Part shown: in pieces, positions 11,324 through 19,733 of the stretch
How positions within the stretch are numbered: the first letter of the stretch is position 1
Layout of the letters: every line of letters begins with the position of its first letter
NCBI GenBank assembly: GCA_040766775.1
Contig: JAXGPT010000008.1
Span: 1,689 to 65,688 of the forward strand
DNA: 64,000 nucleotides
Origin: Bacillota bacterium
Lineage (GTDB): Bacteria; Bacillota; Clostridia; Ch29
Reading direction: 5' to 3'
Notes under the pieces: model-generated
Database searches by the model: none
Seen by the model: the letters and a program-made list of their open reading frames with translations, nothing else
Told to the model about the DNA's origin: nothing
Translations under genes and position numbers: made by a program

Positions 11324-11420
11324 GGGAGTAGATGGGTGTGCTGGTGCCTCCTGGTCTTCAAAACCAGTCGCTGGACGTTAGTAGCGTCCGGGGTGGGTTC
11401 GATCTCACATACTCCCGCCA
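11324..11420 (+). tRNA. selC: tRNA-Sec (anticodon UCA)
   Basis: 97 nt, GGGAGUA...UACUCCC-G-CCA. The anticodon arm is CUGGU-CUUCAAA-ACCAG. There is a long variable arm (CUGGACG-UUAGUAG-CGUCCGG) and a GUUCGAU T-loop. It lies immediately after selB. The T-loop appears 1 nt short and acceptor pair 8 is mismatched, possibly the same indel noise seen in the neighbours. Confidence 0.85.
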
Positions 11421-11509
11421 TTGTTATACTTCACACTTCCCACATCACACATCTAACTTTTCAGAGGAATGTCCCTTGATTGATAGCCTTCGAGGAATAG
11501 ACAAGTTTG

Positions 11510-11533
11510 CCTCCGTTTATGCGGAGGTTTTTT
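11510..11533 (+). terminator. Intrinsic terminator after tRNA-Sec
   Basis: Stem CCTCCG / CGGAGG, 6-nt loop, then TTTTTT. Confidence 0.7.
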
Positions 11534-11785
11534 ATTTCTGTCCGTTGGACAAGGGTGTTAATGACGGGAAATTAGACGGACAACAACAACAATGCATTAC
11601 GCAAGTATTATATATTGAAAGAGAAAGGTATGATGTCAAGTGAAAAACTGGAAAAAACTTTAGAAATTCGCTGCCAAAAAGGATGTTCAAAGAAGGCATC
11701 ACTAAACTAAACCCAATCTCAACTTTAATAGACAAATATTCACAACGGACCCAATACGAGGGCGGAATATGCATTGGCTAGTTTA

Positions 11786-13070
11786 TTATCTCACATCATG
11801 TCGGTTTCTCCTCCTGGTTGGTGAGTTGAAGTTATCCTTTAGCAGATAAAAGACTAACTGGATTAGCTGGGCAGTAAGCGCAAGGGCACGTTTGTGTGCA
11901 TATTGTTTAGGCTCCGCTTTCTTTGTAAAGGGGAGAAGTAAATACCGGGGCAAAGCATTAGGTCGTGCATCCTGGATACTGTCAAGCCGCTCAATGAGGT
12001 AGTACCGTAAGAAGCGATTACCCGAACGGATAAGCCGTGTGTTGTTGGCAGTAAAGTTACCAGATTGGTGCTTGCGTCCAGGCCAGGCTCTAGAACTCTT
12101 TGGCCAGCTGCTTATGGCTGTCAAACTGGTTAATATCGCCTATTTCGGCCAGTATACCAGAGGCAAATAATATCGGGCCAATACCCGGTACAGAATCCAG
12201 GGTCTGAGGAATAGTATCCAGATGGTCCTCTATGGCTTTTTCAGGACTTAAGCTGCTCCTGGAGCGTCCTTATGACCCGTATGGATGCCATAGCTAGATT
12301 AACGGAGTCAGCCATGGCCTTTGGCAAGCGATAAGAAGACCGTGCTGCTTTCTGAAGTTCTTTGGCTGCAGCCTGTGGGTCATCGAACCGGTTTTTACCA
12401 TGCTGGACCAGGAACCAGGTAAGTTTGTTCAAAGAAGCTTCAGCCAAGGCTTCTTGCGCATTCAAACTCTTCCATGACTGCCAAAGAAGTAGCAGATAGC
12501 TTGTTGTCAAAAACGAGGGTGTAATCACTGCATTTTAGGTATAAGTTAGTCATAAGGAAGTTGCTTTCCTGTACCAGGGCCTGGGTAGTAAGATGGTATC
12601 TGGCCCAGCTCTGCAAGTGCCATTACTAAGGGCTCACTCCATGAATGGGTGGGGCAGATGCCCGGCCATAAGCTTGATGCTGGTGTACCAGGCAGGACCC
12701 TTGCTCATTTTTAGGAGCATCGGAGGAGCCTTTTTTAAACTCCCTTGATGAGGCTAAGCTAAACAAGTATAACATCTTCGCAGCCGAAGACCAGATGATG
12801 TTGTAGGTACATGGCAGCATGGGTAGAGTAACAACCGGTATGTTCAAGCCCGAAGAGACATTTTGATCAAAAAAGCTATGCTTTTGCACTAGCTGGCTGA
12901 TACGCTGCTGTCAAGATCCTGGCTGTGACAGGACAAAGGAAAAAAAAATAATCAACAAATCAAATAAAAGGCACAATAAACCGGATAGTCTTTTCATCAT
13001 CGTTTGATAGGCAGCAGACCACATTATCCCTGCTGCTTACATCAATACTGACAAATAAAGGGTTGGGCAT
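11786..13070 (-). pseudogene. IS110-family DEDD transposase/recombinase, multiply frameshifted as read
   Basis: Minus-strand translations give MPNPLFVSIDVSSRDNVVCCL (N-terminal GIDVSK-like motif), GLEHTG.YS, IEDHLDTIPQTLDSVPGIGPILFASGILAEIGDINQFDSHKQLA, and SGNFTANNTRLIRSGNRFLRYYL...ALALTAQLIQLVFYLLKD. These pieces are spread over three frames. An A9 run at about 12941 interrupts the 5' part. Confidence 0.85.
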
Positions 13071-13500
13071 CTAATCAATTTTGCGGAATGGATATGATGT
13101 CTACAGTCCTGGGATGTCCCTGGGAAACCCATGAACGACAGCCTTGGTGAGCTATAGGAATACACCGGCACCCTGATGCACATGCTTCCCTCTGCTTGCA
13201 GGAAGGAAGAGAAGCCGGGGAAACAGCCAGCGTGTAGGTCTATATCATGGGGCCAGGGGAACACTTTTCGCGGGAAGACACCCGAATACGGGGCAACGGA
13301 GGGAGACGGAACATTCCCTTGGTAGACACCTTTGGCTATATTTTCCCAAAGACATCGCAGTACTGCAAACCCTAAATTAAAGAAAGATAGTGTAAAGAGT
13401 ATTGGGGTATTTTCACAGATATGTTGCAAGCTGTGGTTCTTTGATGGATAACCTTGCGAGTTACCCACAGACCCCACGAGCTGTTTTGGACAACGCTAAA
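13071..13500 (-). ncRNA. Candidate IS110 5' non-coding region / bridge (seek) RNA
   Basis: This is an ORF-poor segment directly upstream of the transposase start with several local stem-loops by eye. In IS110-group elements this position encodes the bridge RNA. I did not derive a fold or guide loops. Confidence 0.3.
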
Positions 13501-13674
13501 GCGTTGACCACATATCCACAAGCTCCCGACTACGACTAATAATGTTGTTTTTAAAAGAAAAAGATAGATTTGAAGATAACATTATTAAGTCAATAATATC
13601 AATATGAGCAACCTCCGAATTGGGAATTTACATCCAAATTGGCTGCTGCTCATAGTATACAAGGAGGAGTGGGC

Positions 13675-13833
13675 ATGGACAGAAAAACGGAAAAGGACAA
13701 AAAAAAGCGGCAAAACAAGGCTCAAAACAAGGTTTCGCTAAGGGCTATGATTGAGGCAAAGGTGCCCTCGGCCTGCTACGAGTTGTCCGAAAAGCCAGCC
13801 TGTCACTCGGTGGTAAAGTATGAATCTGGATAA
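13675..13833 (+). CDS. Small basic hypothetical protein (52 aa)
   Basis: ATG behind AAGGAGGAG. Lys/Arg-rich N-terminus MDRKTEKDKKKRQNK. It overlaps the next ORF start by 14 nt. Confidence 0.35.
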   Translation: MDRKTEKDKKKRQNKAQNKVSLRAMIEAKVPSACYELSEKPACHSVVKYESG

Positions 13834-14452
13834 TATAAGCGGAATGGTGGATGCCATACCGCTTATAATGATATACATTGTACCGGGGTACATCATCCTT
13901 CGGATAAGTAATTTCCAGCTTTCAAAAAAAGCAGACCATGATCAGTATATACTTTTAAAAAGCCTCGTGGTAAGCTTTGTTTTTGTTTCACTGGAGGAGA
14001 CCCTTTGGAAACTTGTATTTCCCGGTACCCAGACGATGTGCAGTCCCGCGTTCCGGAATACCGTGATAGCATCCTCGGCGGCAGTGGGGCTTTTGTGGGC
14101 AAGGTTTCTCATCAGCGAACGGTTTGAACGGATATTGTTTGAGCTTGGCATCTACAAGACCTTAAGGTCGGGCATTTGGGGCGGCGTTGTGGACTTTGAA
14201 TACGGCTTGTGGCTCATGGTCTATATTCCGGCGGACAAGGTGATTTATGCCGGGAAACTTAGAAGGTACATGGAGATAGAAGCATATGGCAATTATGTAA
14301 TTTTTCTAAGCAATTATACTCTGTATAACTATAATGCGGAAGTGCTTAAGGACTATGTAAACGACAATGACAAGTGGGTGTCACTGCATTCCAAAGATAT
14401 AGGCAGGGTGGAGCTGTTTTACCATGAGGACAGCGGCAAAATCCGTCATTAG
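13820..14452 (+). CDS. Hypothetical membrane protein (210 aa, about 3 N-terminal TM segments)
   Basis: Uninterrupted ORF with hydrophobic N-terminal segments and a soluble C-terminal half. I did not recognise a family. Confidence 0.5.
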   Translation: MNLDNISGMVDAIPLIMIYIVPGYIILRISNFQLSKKADHDQYILLKSLVVSFVFVSLEETLWKLVFPGTQTMCSPAFRNTVIASSAAVGLLWARFLISERFERILFELGIYKTLRSGIWGGVVDFEYGLWLMVYIPADKVIYAGKLRRYMEIEAYGNYVIFLSNYTLYNYNAEVLKDYVNDNDKWVSLHSKDIGRVELFYHEDSGKIRH

Positions 14453-14479
14453 CTTTATCCAAAAATTCGAGGAGGAGCG

Positions 14480-15085
14480 GTGGATGATATGAACAAGGAA
14501 GAGTTCATTCAAATGATACTGCCGGCGGCGATGGAGGGATATAAAAAGTATAGAATCCTGCCTTCCCTTACGCTGGCCCAGGCGGCACTGGAAAGCGGAT
14601 GGGGTAAAAGCCATATACAGAACAACCTGTTTGGTATAAAGGCAACGCCTTCCTGGAAGGGTAAGGTGGCGGAAGTGTGGACCACCGAGTATATAAACGG
14701 AAAACCTCAAAGGGTAAGGGCACTGTTCCGCGCCTATGACAGCTTTGCCGAAAGCGTAGAGGACCACAGCCGCCTCCTGGGGGAACTGCCAAGGTATATA
14801 AAGGTAAGGGAAGCAAACAACTACAGGGAAGCCTGCCATGCGGTTCAGGCGGCGGGGTATGCCACAGACCCGCAGTATGCTGCCAAACTTATTAATGTAA
14901 TTGAAAGCAACGGGCTTGAAAAGTATGACGACGAGGCCAGGAAGGACCATTGGGCGGAGGGGATATGGAAAAAACTGAACGAATTGGGGATTCCCGTTTA
15001 TGAAAAACGGTATGACGACGGGGCCACCCGGGGAGAGGTCATGGCTTTAGTATTTAGGGCTGTAAAGCGAATCCTTGGGGAGTGA
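14480..15085 (+). CDS. Mannosyl-glycoprotein endo-beta-N-acetylglucosaminidase-like (glucosaminidase domain) cell-wall hydrolase
   Basis: Block ILPSLTLAQAALESGWGKS...NNLFGIK...W......F+AYDSFAESVEDHSRLL is typical of the LytD/FlgJ glucosaminidase domain. No signal peptide is visible. Confidence 0.8.
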   Translation: MDDMNKEEFIQMILPAAMEGYKKYRILPSLTLAQAALESGWGKSHIQNNLFGIKATPSWKGKVAEVWTTEYINGKPQRVRALFRAYDSFAESVEDHSRLLGELPRYIKVREANNYREACHAVQAAGYATDPQYAAKLINVIESNGLEKYDDEARKDHWAEGIWKKLNELGIPVYEKRYDDGATRGEVMALVFRAVKRILGE

Positions 15086-15092
15086 CCGACCC

Positions 15093-16763
15093 TTAGAGGA
15101 TTTCCGCAAGCAGAATGGTTACATCATCTTCCAGTCTCCTGTCCAGCACAAAGCATGAGAACCGGTCGAATATTTCGTAATAAAGGCTGAGGCTGTCCGC
15201 CTGCTTGCTGTTTTCAAGTATTTGCATGAGCCTTTTTTCCGAAAAGGCCATGCCCTCGCGATTAACTGCATCCACCAGGCCGTCGGAGTACAGCAGTATC
15301 CGGTCACCGGTCTTGAGGGCCAGTGTGATGTCCCTGTATTCCGGGTTGTAGTATGTTCCGACTTTGCATATCGGAAACGGGTTTTCGTTTTCCAGGTTAT
15401 AGACCCTGTTACCCGAAAGAACCACCGGCCGCGTGTTGAGCCCGGCGGAGGAATAGCTAAGCTTCCGGGTTCTCCTGTTGTATACCCCGTAAAACATAAG
15501 CAGGTACATTTCATCGGGAATTCGGGAGTTGTTGAACTGAAAGAAAAGGTCTTTCAATACCCTGGAAGGGGACAGCAGCAAATCCTTCCCTTGCGTGTCC
15601 AGTTTGTTGCTTAGGATTGTCCGGTCTACAAATATGGTAATTATGGCGGAGGAAATCCCATGCCCCGATACATCGGCCAGGTAAAAGCCTGTGTGTTCCT
15701 CGTCTATACAGAACACGTTGAAAAAGTCTCCGCTGAGGCTTTCGCACGGTATGAAGGACGAGTGGAACTCAATTCCGGGGCAGGGCAGCTTCTTTTCCGG
15801 CAGCATGGACTGCTGAATCTCCCTGGCCAGCTCTATGTCTTTGTAAAGCTGGCTGTTGGTTTCCATTATCTCAAGCCTTGCCCTTTGTACTTCCTGTTCC
15901 AGCGTGCGGGCGTGCTCCTTCAGCAGCGCATCGGCCTTTTTCAGGCTCTCATAGGGATGCCTTACATTTTGCACGAACAAAACGTTGTACATTACCGAAT
16001 AGGCTATTATTTTATGTACGTGTCCCGTTAGGTTGTACATGTCGAATACGCTTATGTATAGGGTAAAGTACAGCTCGCTGTAGATGCTTATTATAAGCGC
16101 GGTGGCAAACAGGATGGAGGCCCTTCTGCCTGTTTTTTTGTATTCCCATACCGAAAGGGCCATGGCAGCGGACTGCAGCGCGATTATGGCATACTCGGTT
16201 TGGATTTTAAGCGGTGTAAGCCCCTGGCCTTCTATGTATACTTCGGGCAGCATATCTATCCTAAAGGTTACAATATAGAAGAAAAAAACCGATGCCGCCA
16301 GGGACAAGGCAAGCAAAAACCAGCGGGATATCCGGGCCGACCTAGCGGGTTTTATGAAGGCAGACCAAAGAAAGCCAATCGCCATAATAAGGCGAGCAAT
16401 CACCCAGTAGGTTGTCGGTATTGCAGCCTCGTTGGGGACAAAAAAGTCCGGCATACCCTTATAGGACAGTGTGTGGAAAACATCCAAAAAGCCCCCAATA
16501 AAGAATACGCAGGCCAGCACCAAGTGCCTTAACCTAGGATTTGGCCGGTATACATGGAATATTAGCGTAAATATTGCAAAGGAGAACAGTATGCTCAAGA
16601 ACTCCAAAACCGTGTGCAGCGCCAAAAAATTAAGCTGCCCGATGGAGGTATGCATGAAGACCCCGGTGCTGTCAAGAAGAACAAACAGCAAATGGCACAT
16701 CACCAGGGCAAGTACCGGGTAAAGGTATGCTTTTTTCCTTTCGGGGGTAGGTTTATCCGCCAT
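15093..16763 (-). CDS. Membrane sensor PP2C-type phosphatase (MASE3-like 7-8 TM N-terminus + SpoIIE/RsbU-like PPM domain)
   Basis: The C-terminal domain has LSGDFFNVF, ADVSGHGISSAI and LYSDGLVDA motifs. The N-terminal half is polytopic. Start chosen at ATG 16763 behind GGAGG. Confidence 0.85.
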   Translation of the reverse strand: MADKPTPERKKAYLYPVLALVMCHLLFVLLDSTGVFMHTSIGQLNFLALHTVLEFLSILFSFAIFTLIFHVYRPNPRLRHLVLACVFFIGGFLDVFHTLSYKGMPDFFVPNEAAIPTTYWVIARLIMAIGFLWSAFIKPARSARISRWFLLALSLAASVFFFYIVTFRIDMLPEVYIEGQGLTPLKIQTEYAIIALQSAAMALSVWEYKKTGRRASILFATALIISIYSELYFTLYISVFDMYNLTGHVHKIIAYSVMYNVLFVQNVRHPYESLKKADALLKEHARTLEQEVQRARLEIMETNSQLYKDIELAREIQQSMLPEKKLPCPGIEFHSSFIPCESLSGDFFNVFCIDEEHTGFYLADVSGHGISSAIITIFVDRTILSNKLDTQGKDLLLSPSRVLKDLFFQFNNSRIPDEMYLLMFYGVYNRRTRKLSYSSAGLNTRPVVLSGNRVYNLENENPFPICKVGTYYNPEYRDITLALKTGDRILLYSDGLVDAVNREGMAFSEKRLMQILENSKQADSLSLYYEIFDRFSCFVLDRRLEDDVTILLAEIL

Positions 16764-16978
16764 AGGTCCTCCGGTTTTCAAATAAGATTTATGTCGGTGC
16801 ACCCACCCGGGGGCCGGGCGCAGACGACAAATATTGATATAACTTTTCTACAGGTGTGGTACATTTTCCTTCATAGAAAAACTGATAGCGAAAAAAATGT
16901 CGGTACAGGTACCATACCAGGCGCTATGCCGGGTACAAACGGCTTATGGATGGTTAGAAGAGATAAGGGAAGGGCTGT

Positions 16979-17008
16979 CCGGGGAAGGCTAAAGCTCCCC
17001 GGTTTTTT
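16979..17008. terminator. Hairpin at the 3' end of the 16989-17558 gene (bidirectional-type terminator)
   Basis: Stem CCGGGGA / TCCCCGG with a 10-nt loop, T6 on the + side and an A-run on the other side. It overlaps the stop codon of the minus-strand gene. Confidence 0.4.
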
Positions 17009-17558
17009 GGTCAATTTTTTCGAAGGTCGGGGGACTTTTTGGGGCATCGGTATTTACTGTATCCATCATGCGGAATAACTCCACCATTTCCAGGGCCTTA
17101 CCGGCGATGGTTATGGCTGCCTGTTCATCCGGATCGAGGTGGGGTCTTATCGCCGAAAGCATGGCCACCGCTGAAGGCCTGTGGCCTGCGGCCAAAGGGG
17201 TCCGGTCAAAATACACCTCCGGGTTTATTATGTTTTTTAGCTCCATACACTTTGCCAAAACGTGCATAAGCTGCCGGTATGTAGGGTCCAAGTAGGGAAG
17301 GGATGCCTTTATTATCCTTACCGTTTTGTTTTCGCCAAGGGTATCCATGGGAAAAACATGCCTGTGGGGAATAAGGGTCCCCCGTTTATTCTCTGCAGTG
17401 TCCGGCTGTGCCTGGGGCTTGTTTTCGCTCCTTTGACCGAACATATGGGAAACCATCATGGCAAGTTTAAGCAGCTGTCCCAGGTCCAGCGACTTGTTTT
17501 TTTCCGCTGCTATCCTATAATGGCATTTTTCACACATCTCGTTTACTTTGGATTCCAT
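16989..17558 (-). CDS. Hypothetical protein (189 aa)
   Basis: ATG behind GGAGGG. N-terminal CxxC (CEKCH). Two copies of a helix motif: ASLPYLDPTYRQLMHVLAKCMEL and LSAIRPHLDPDEQAAITIAGKALEM. Confidence 0.55.
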   Translation of the reverse strand: MESKVNEMCEKCHYRIAAEKNKSLDLGQLLKLAMMVSHMFGQRSENKPQAQPDTAENKRGTLIPHRHVFPMDTLGENKTVRIIKASLPYLDPTYRQLMHVLAKCMELKNIINPEVYFDRTPLAAGHRPSAVAMLSAIRPHLDPDEQAAITIAGKALEMVELFRMMDTVNTDAPKSPPTFEKIDQKTGEL

Positions 17559-17671
17559 AAGCGACCCTCCAAAAAATGCTATCTGTACATTATATGCATA
17601 TGCGGCGTAAATGCCATCAAAAAACAAAAAATAATGGCAGCCGTCCTGCTGCCATTATTGGTTAGGATATG

Positions 17672-17905
17672 TTATTCGAAGGACCTAAGCAAATTCTTGA
17701 GCTGTTCCATTTCTTCCCTTGAAAGGATGGGTTCTACAAATGCAAACAGCTTTTTTTTGTCCTCTTCGGTGATTTCTTTCTTACCGGATGCTTCTTTAAT
17801 TTTCTTGGCCTCCTGGAACAGTTCTTCCTCGCTCATGTGCGAATATTTCTCCAGCATACCGCTTATCAATTCCGGGTTAAATTGGTTCAAATCCATACCT
17901 CCCAT
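17672..17905 (-). CDS. Small hypothetical protein (77 aa, Glu/Lys-rich)
   Basis: Uninterrupted ORF in the same orientation as its neighbours. It carries a related motif, FAFVEPILSREEMEQLKNLL. Confidence 0.5.
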   Translation of the reverse strand: MGGMDLNQFNPELISGMLEKYSHMSEEELFQEAKKIKEASGKKEITEEDKKKLFAFVEPILSREEMEQLKNLLRSFE

Positions 17906-17932
17906 CTACTCTTATATTATACGCATAAAGGG

Positions 17933-18292
17933 CTAGTGTGTTTCTGTAAAAAATAAAAGAATTATCAGCGGGAGCAAAATGCTTAATACGGGAAATTGTA
18001 CCTGGGCCATTCTCTCCGCACTCGGTCTTGTGCCGGCAAGGACACCGGGAGAAATTTCTCCCCGGGCGTTTACCAGGTCCTCCGCCATTGCCTTTGCCAA
18101 AGTGGCCAGGCTGTACGATGAAACAAGCTTGTCTATAACGGAGCAGCACCTATCGTCCACAAAGGGCTTAAGTGCGGACAGAAGCCCAATCTCGGGAGGA
18201 GGGTTCTGGTCTAATACTTCACCGCGGCTTTTGATGGCCTCCTCAAAGGGCGCAACGTATTTATCGTGAAGGCTCTTTGCAACCAGTCCCAT
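17933..18292 (-). CDS. Hypothetical protein with C-terminal TM segment (start uncertain; the ORF extends to 18394)
   Basis: It contains LLSALKPFVDDRCCSVIDKLV, related to the motif in the two downstream proteins. The long form would overlap the S8 gene by 71 nt. Confidence 0.45.
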   Translation of the reverse strand: MGLVAKSLHDKYVAPFEEAIKSRGEVLDQNPPPEIGLLSALKPFVDDRCCSVIDKLVSSYSLATLAKAMAEDLVNARGEISPGVLAGTRPSAERMAQVQFPVLSILLPLIILLFFTETH

Positions 18293-18323
18293 AATCTCGG
18301 CCGCATCCTGTTGAACTCTTCTA

Positions 18324-19574
18324 TTAATAGGTGACACCCCCTTCGCGGGCCTTAACGATGGCCGCAAGGTCAATAAGCCCCTTTCCCTGGGCATAGGAAG
18401 GGTAATTGAGGTCCTTTGCGGTTGACATCATGAGTTCCTTAACCTGCTGGTTGGTATAATCAGGGAACATCTCGTGTATAAGGGCCGCACAGCCGGATAC
18501 AATGGGCGTTGCCATGGAGGTGCCCGAAAGGGATTTATACAATACATTATCCCTGGACGGAACCGCCAGTGAAATAATGTTCACTCCAGGCGCCACTATG
18601 TCCGGTTTTGCCACCATCCTTTTGGTGGGTCCCCTGCTCGAAAAGCTGGCTATGATATCGTCCTTGGTGTGGGCGGTATCCCGGTCGTCAAGGGCGCCTA
18701 CCGTGATTACTTCCGGGCAAATTCCGGGGGAGGAAATGGTCTGTCTGCCAGGTCCTTCGTTGCCGGCGGCGCATATGACCGTCATGCCCTTTTCCCATGC
18801 CGCCGATACCGCCTTGTCGATGGGGGAATAGGAAAGGGACTGGGGTTTTGAACCCAATGAGAGGTTTAGAACCTTTATGTTGTACCGTGCCCTGTTGTCA
18901 AGGGCCCATTGGATTGCGGCTATCACATCGGAAGAATCGCCACTGCCCTCGCTGTTTAGGGTTTTTATTGCGATGATGTTGGCCTTCGGGGCAATACCCG
19001 AGTATTTTCCATCCGATCCAGAACCGTTGCCGGCGATACAGCCCGCCACGTGGGTGCCGTGACCGTTGTCGTCATAGGGTTCTTTTTTTTGATTTACATA
19101 GTCCTTGAAGGCGATTATCCGGTTATCAGGTTCTACAAGGTCAGGATGGGGAGCCGCACCGGTATCAATGACCGCCACGCCTACACCTTTACCGGTATAC
19201 TTAATGGGGTCCACGCGGTCTTCCCTGATGGTTTCCCTTGCCACGTCCATGTGTATAAACACTTTGGTGTCGGAGGTTACGTATTCGACTTCGTCCAGTA
19301 CGGCCAGTTCATGCACCATTCGGGCGGGAACTTCCAGGGCTACCGCCTTTATTATGGGCAGGTGGTGTTTTAATTTTACATCCGGATGACGGCAGAGGCA
19401 TTTTTCCATATGGGAGAGGCTGTGGCCCTTATGGTAGAGTATTATAGGGATTCTTTCGTTGCCGCTTCTTTTTATTCTGGGTACCAGACGCGGGTCTATG
19501 CTGGCCCTGCGGTATGGATTGGTCATCAGGTTTTTTAAAAGCAGCAGCAGAAGAATCTCTCTTGAATAGTCCAT
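18324..19574 (-). CDS. Subtilisin-family (S8) serine peptidase with N-terminal propeptide; no signal peptide seen
   Basis: Catalytic triad contexts VAVIDTG, HGTHVAG, SGTSMATP. Start chosen at the ATG (MDYSRE) 6 nt after GAGGTG. Confidence 0.88.
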   Translation of the reverse strand: MDYSREILLLLLLKNLMTNPYRRASIDPRLVPRIKRSGNERIPIILYHKGHSLSHMEKCLCRHPDVKLKHHLPIIKAVALEVPARMVHELAVLDEVEYVTSDTKVFIHMDVARETIREDRVDPIKYTGKGVGVAVIDTGAAPHPDLVEPDNRIIAFKDYVNQKKEPYDDNGHGTHVAGCIAGNGSGSDGKYSGIAPKANIIAIKTLNSEGSGDSSDVIAAIQWALDNRARYNIKVLNLSLGSKPQSLSYSPIDKAVSAAWEKGMTVICAAGNEGPGRQTISSPGICPEVITVGALDDRDTAHTKDDIIASFSSRGPTKRMVAKPDIVAPGVNIISLAVPSRDNVLYKSLSGTSMATPIVSGCAALIHEMFPDYTNQQVKELMMSTAKDLNYPSYAQGKGLIDLAAIVKAREGGVTY

Positions 19575-19733
19575 TTCATTCACCTCACAAAAATTCACCT
19601 ACAATATTCTATGGGGTATACGGCAAAAGTGTTAAAAGAGTTAAAGCGCAGCATGAAAAATCATCCATGGACTGTGCAGCCAATAACGTTTATAATTGTT
19701 TTAGGACATTATGTAAACCAGAAGGGTGATGAG

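Larger units (their letters stand above)
11700..13560 (-). mobile_element. IS110-family insertion sequence (boundaries not determined)
   Basis: It contains the disrupted IS110 transposase plus a coding-free upstream segment of about 400 nt. The family lacks classical terminal inverted repeats, so the ends cannot be set from one copy. Confidence 0.6.

Noticed and set aside
13071-13500. Other structured RNAs for the ORF-free segment: RNase P RNA, tmRNA, a group II intron 5' end, or an rRNA fragment.
   Set aside because: None of the signature strings were found (GAGGAAAGTCCGGGC for RNase P, a tRNA-like GGTTCGA...CCA 3' end plus tag ORF for tmRNA, a GTGCG start or domain V for group II introns). 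The position directly upstream of an IS110 recombinase gives a simpler explanation.
13820-15085. Holin-endolysin lysis cassette of an intact prophage.
   Set aside because: The membrane protein is 210 aa, much larger than typical holins. No terminase, portal, capsid, tail or integrase gene is present. At most this is a remnant.
16800-17008. Small RNA gene on the + strand ending at the CCGGGGA/TCCCCGG + T6 hairpin.
   Set aside because: The hairpin overlaps the stop codon of the minus-strand gene 16989-17558 and has an A-run on its other side, so a bidirectional terminator explains it. The only promoter-like -35 (TTGATA at about 16834) has no well-spaced -10.
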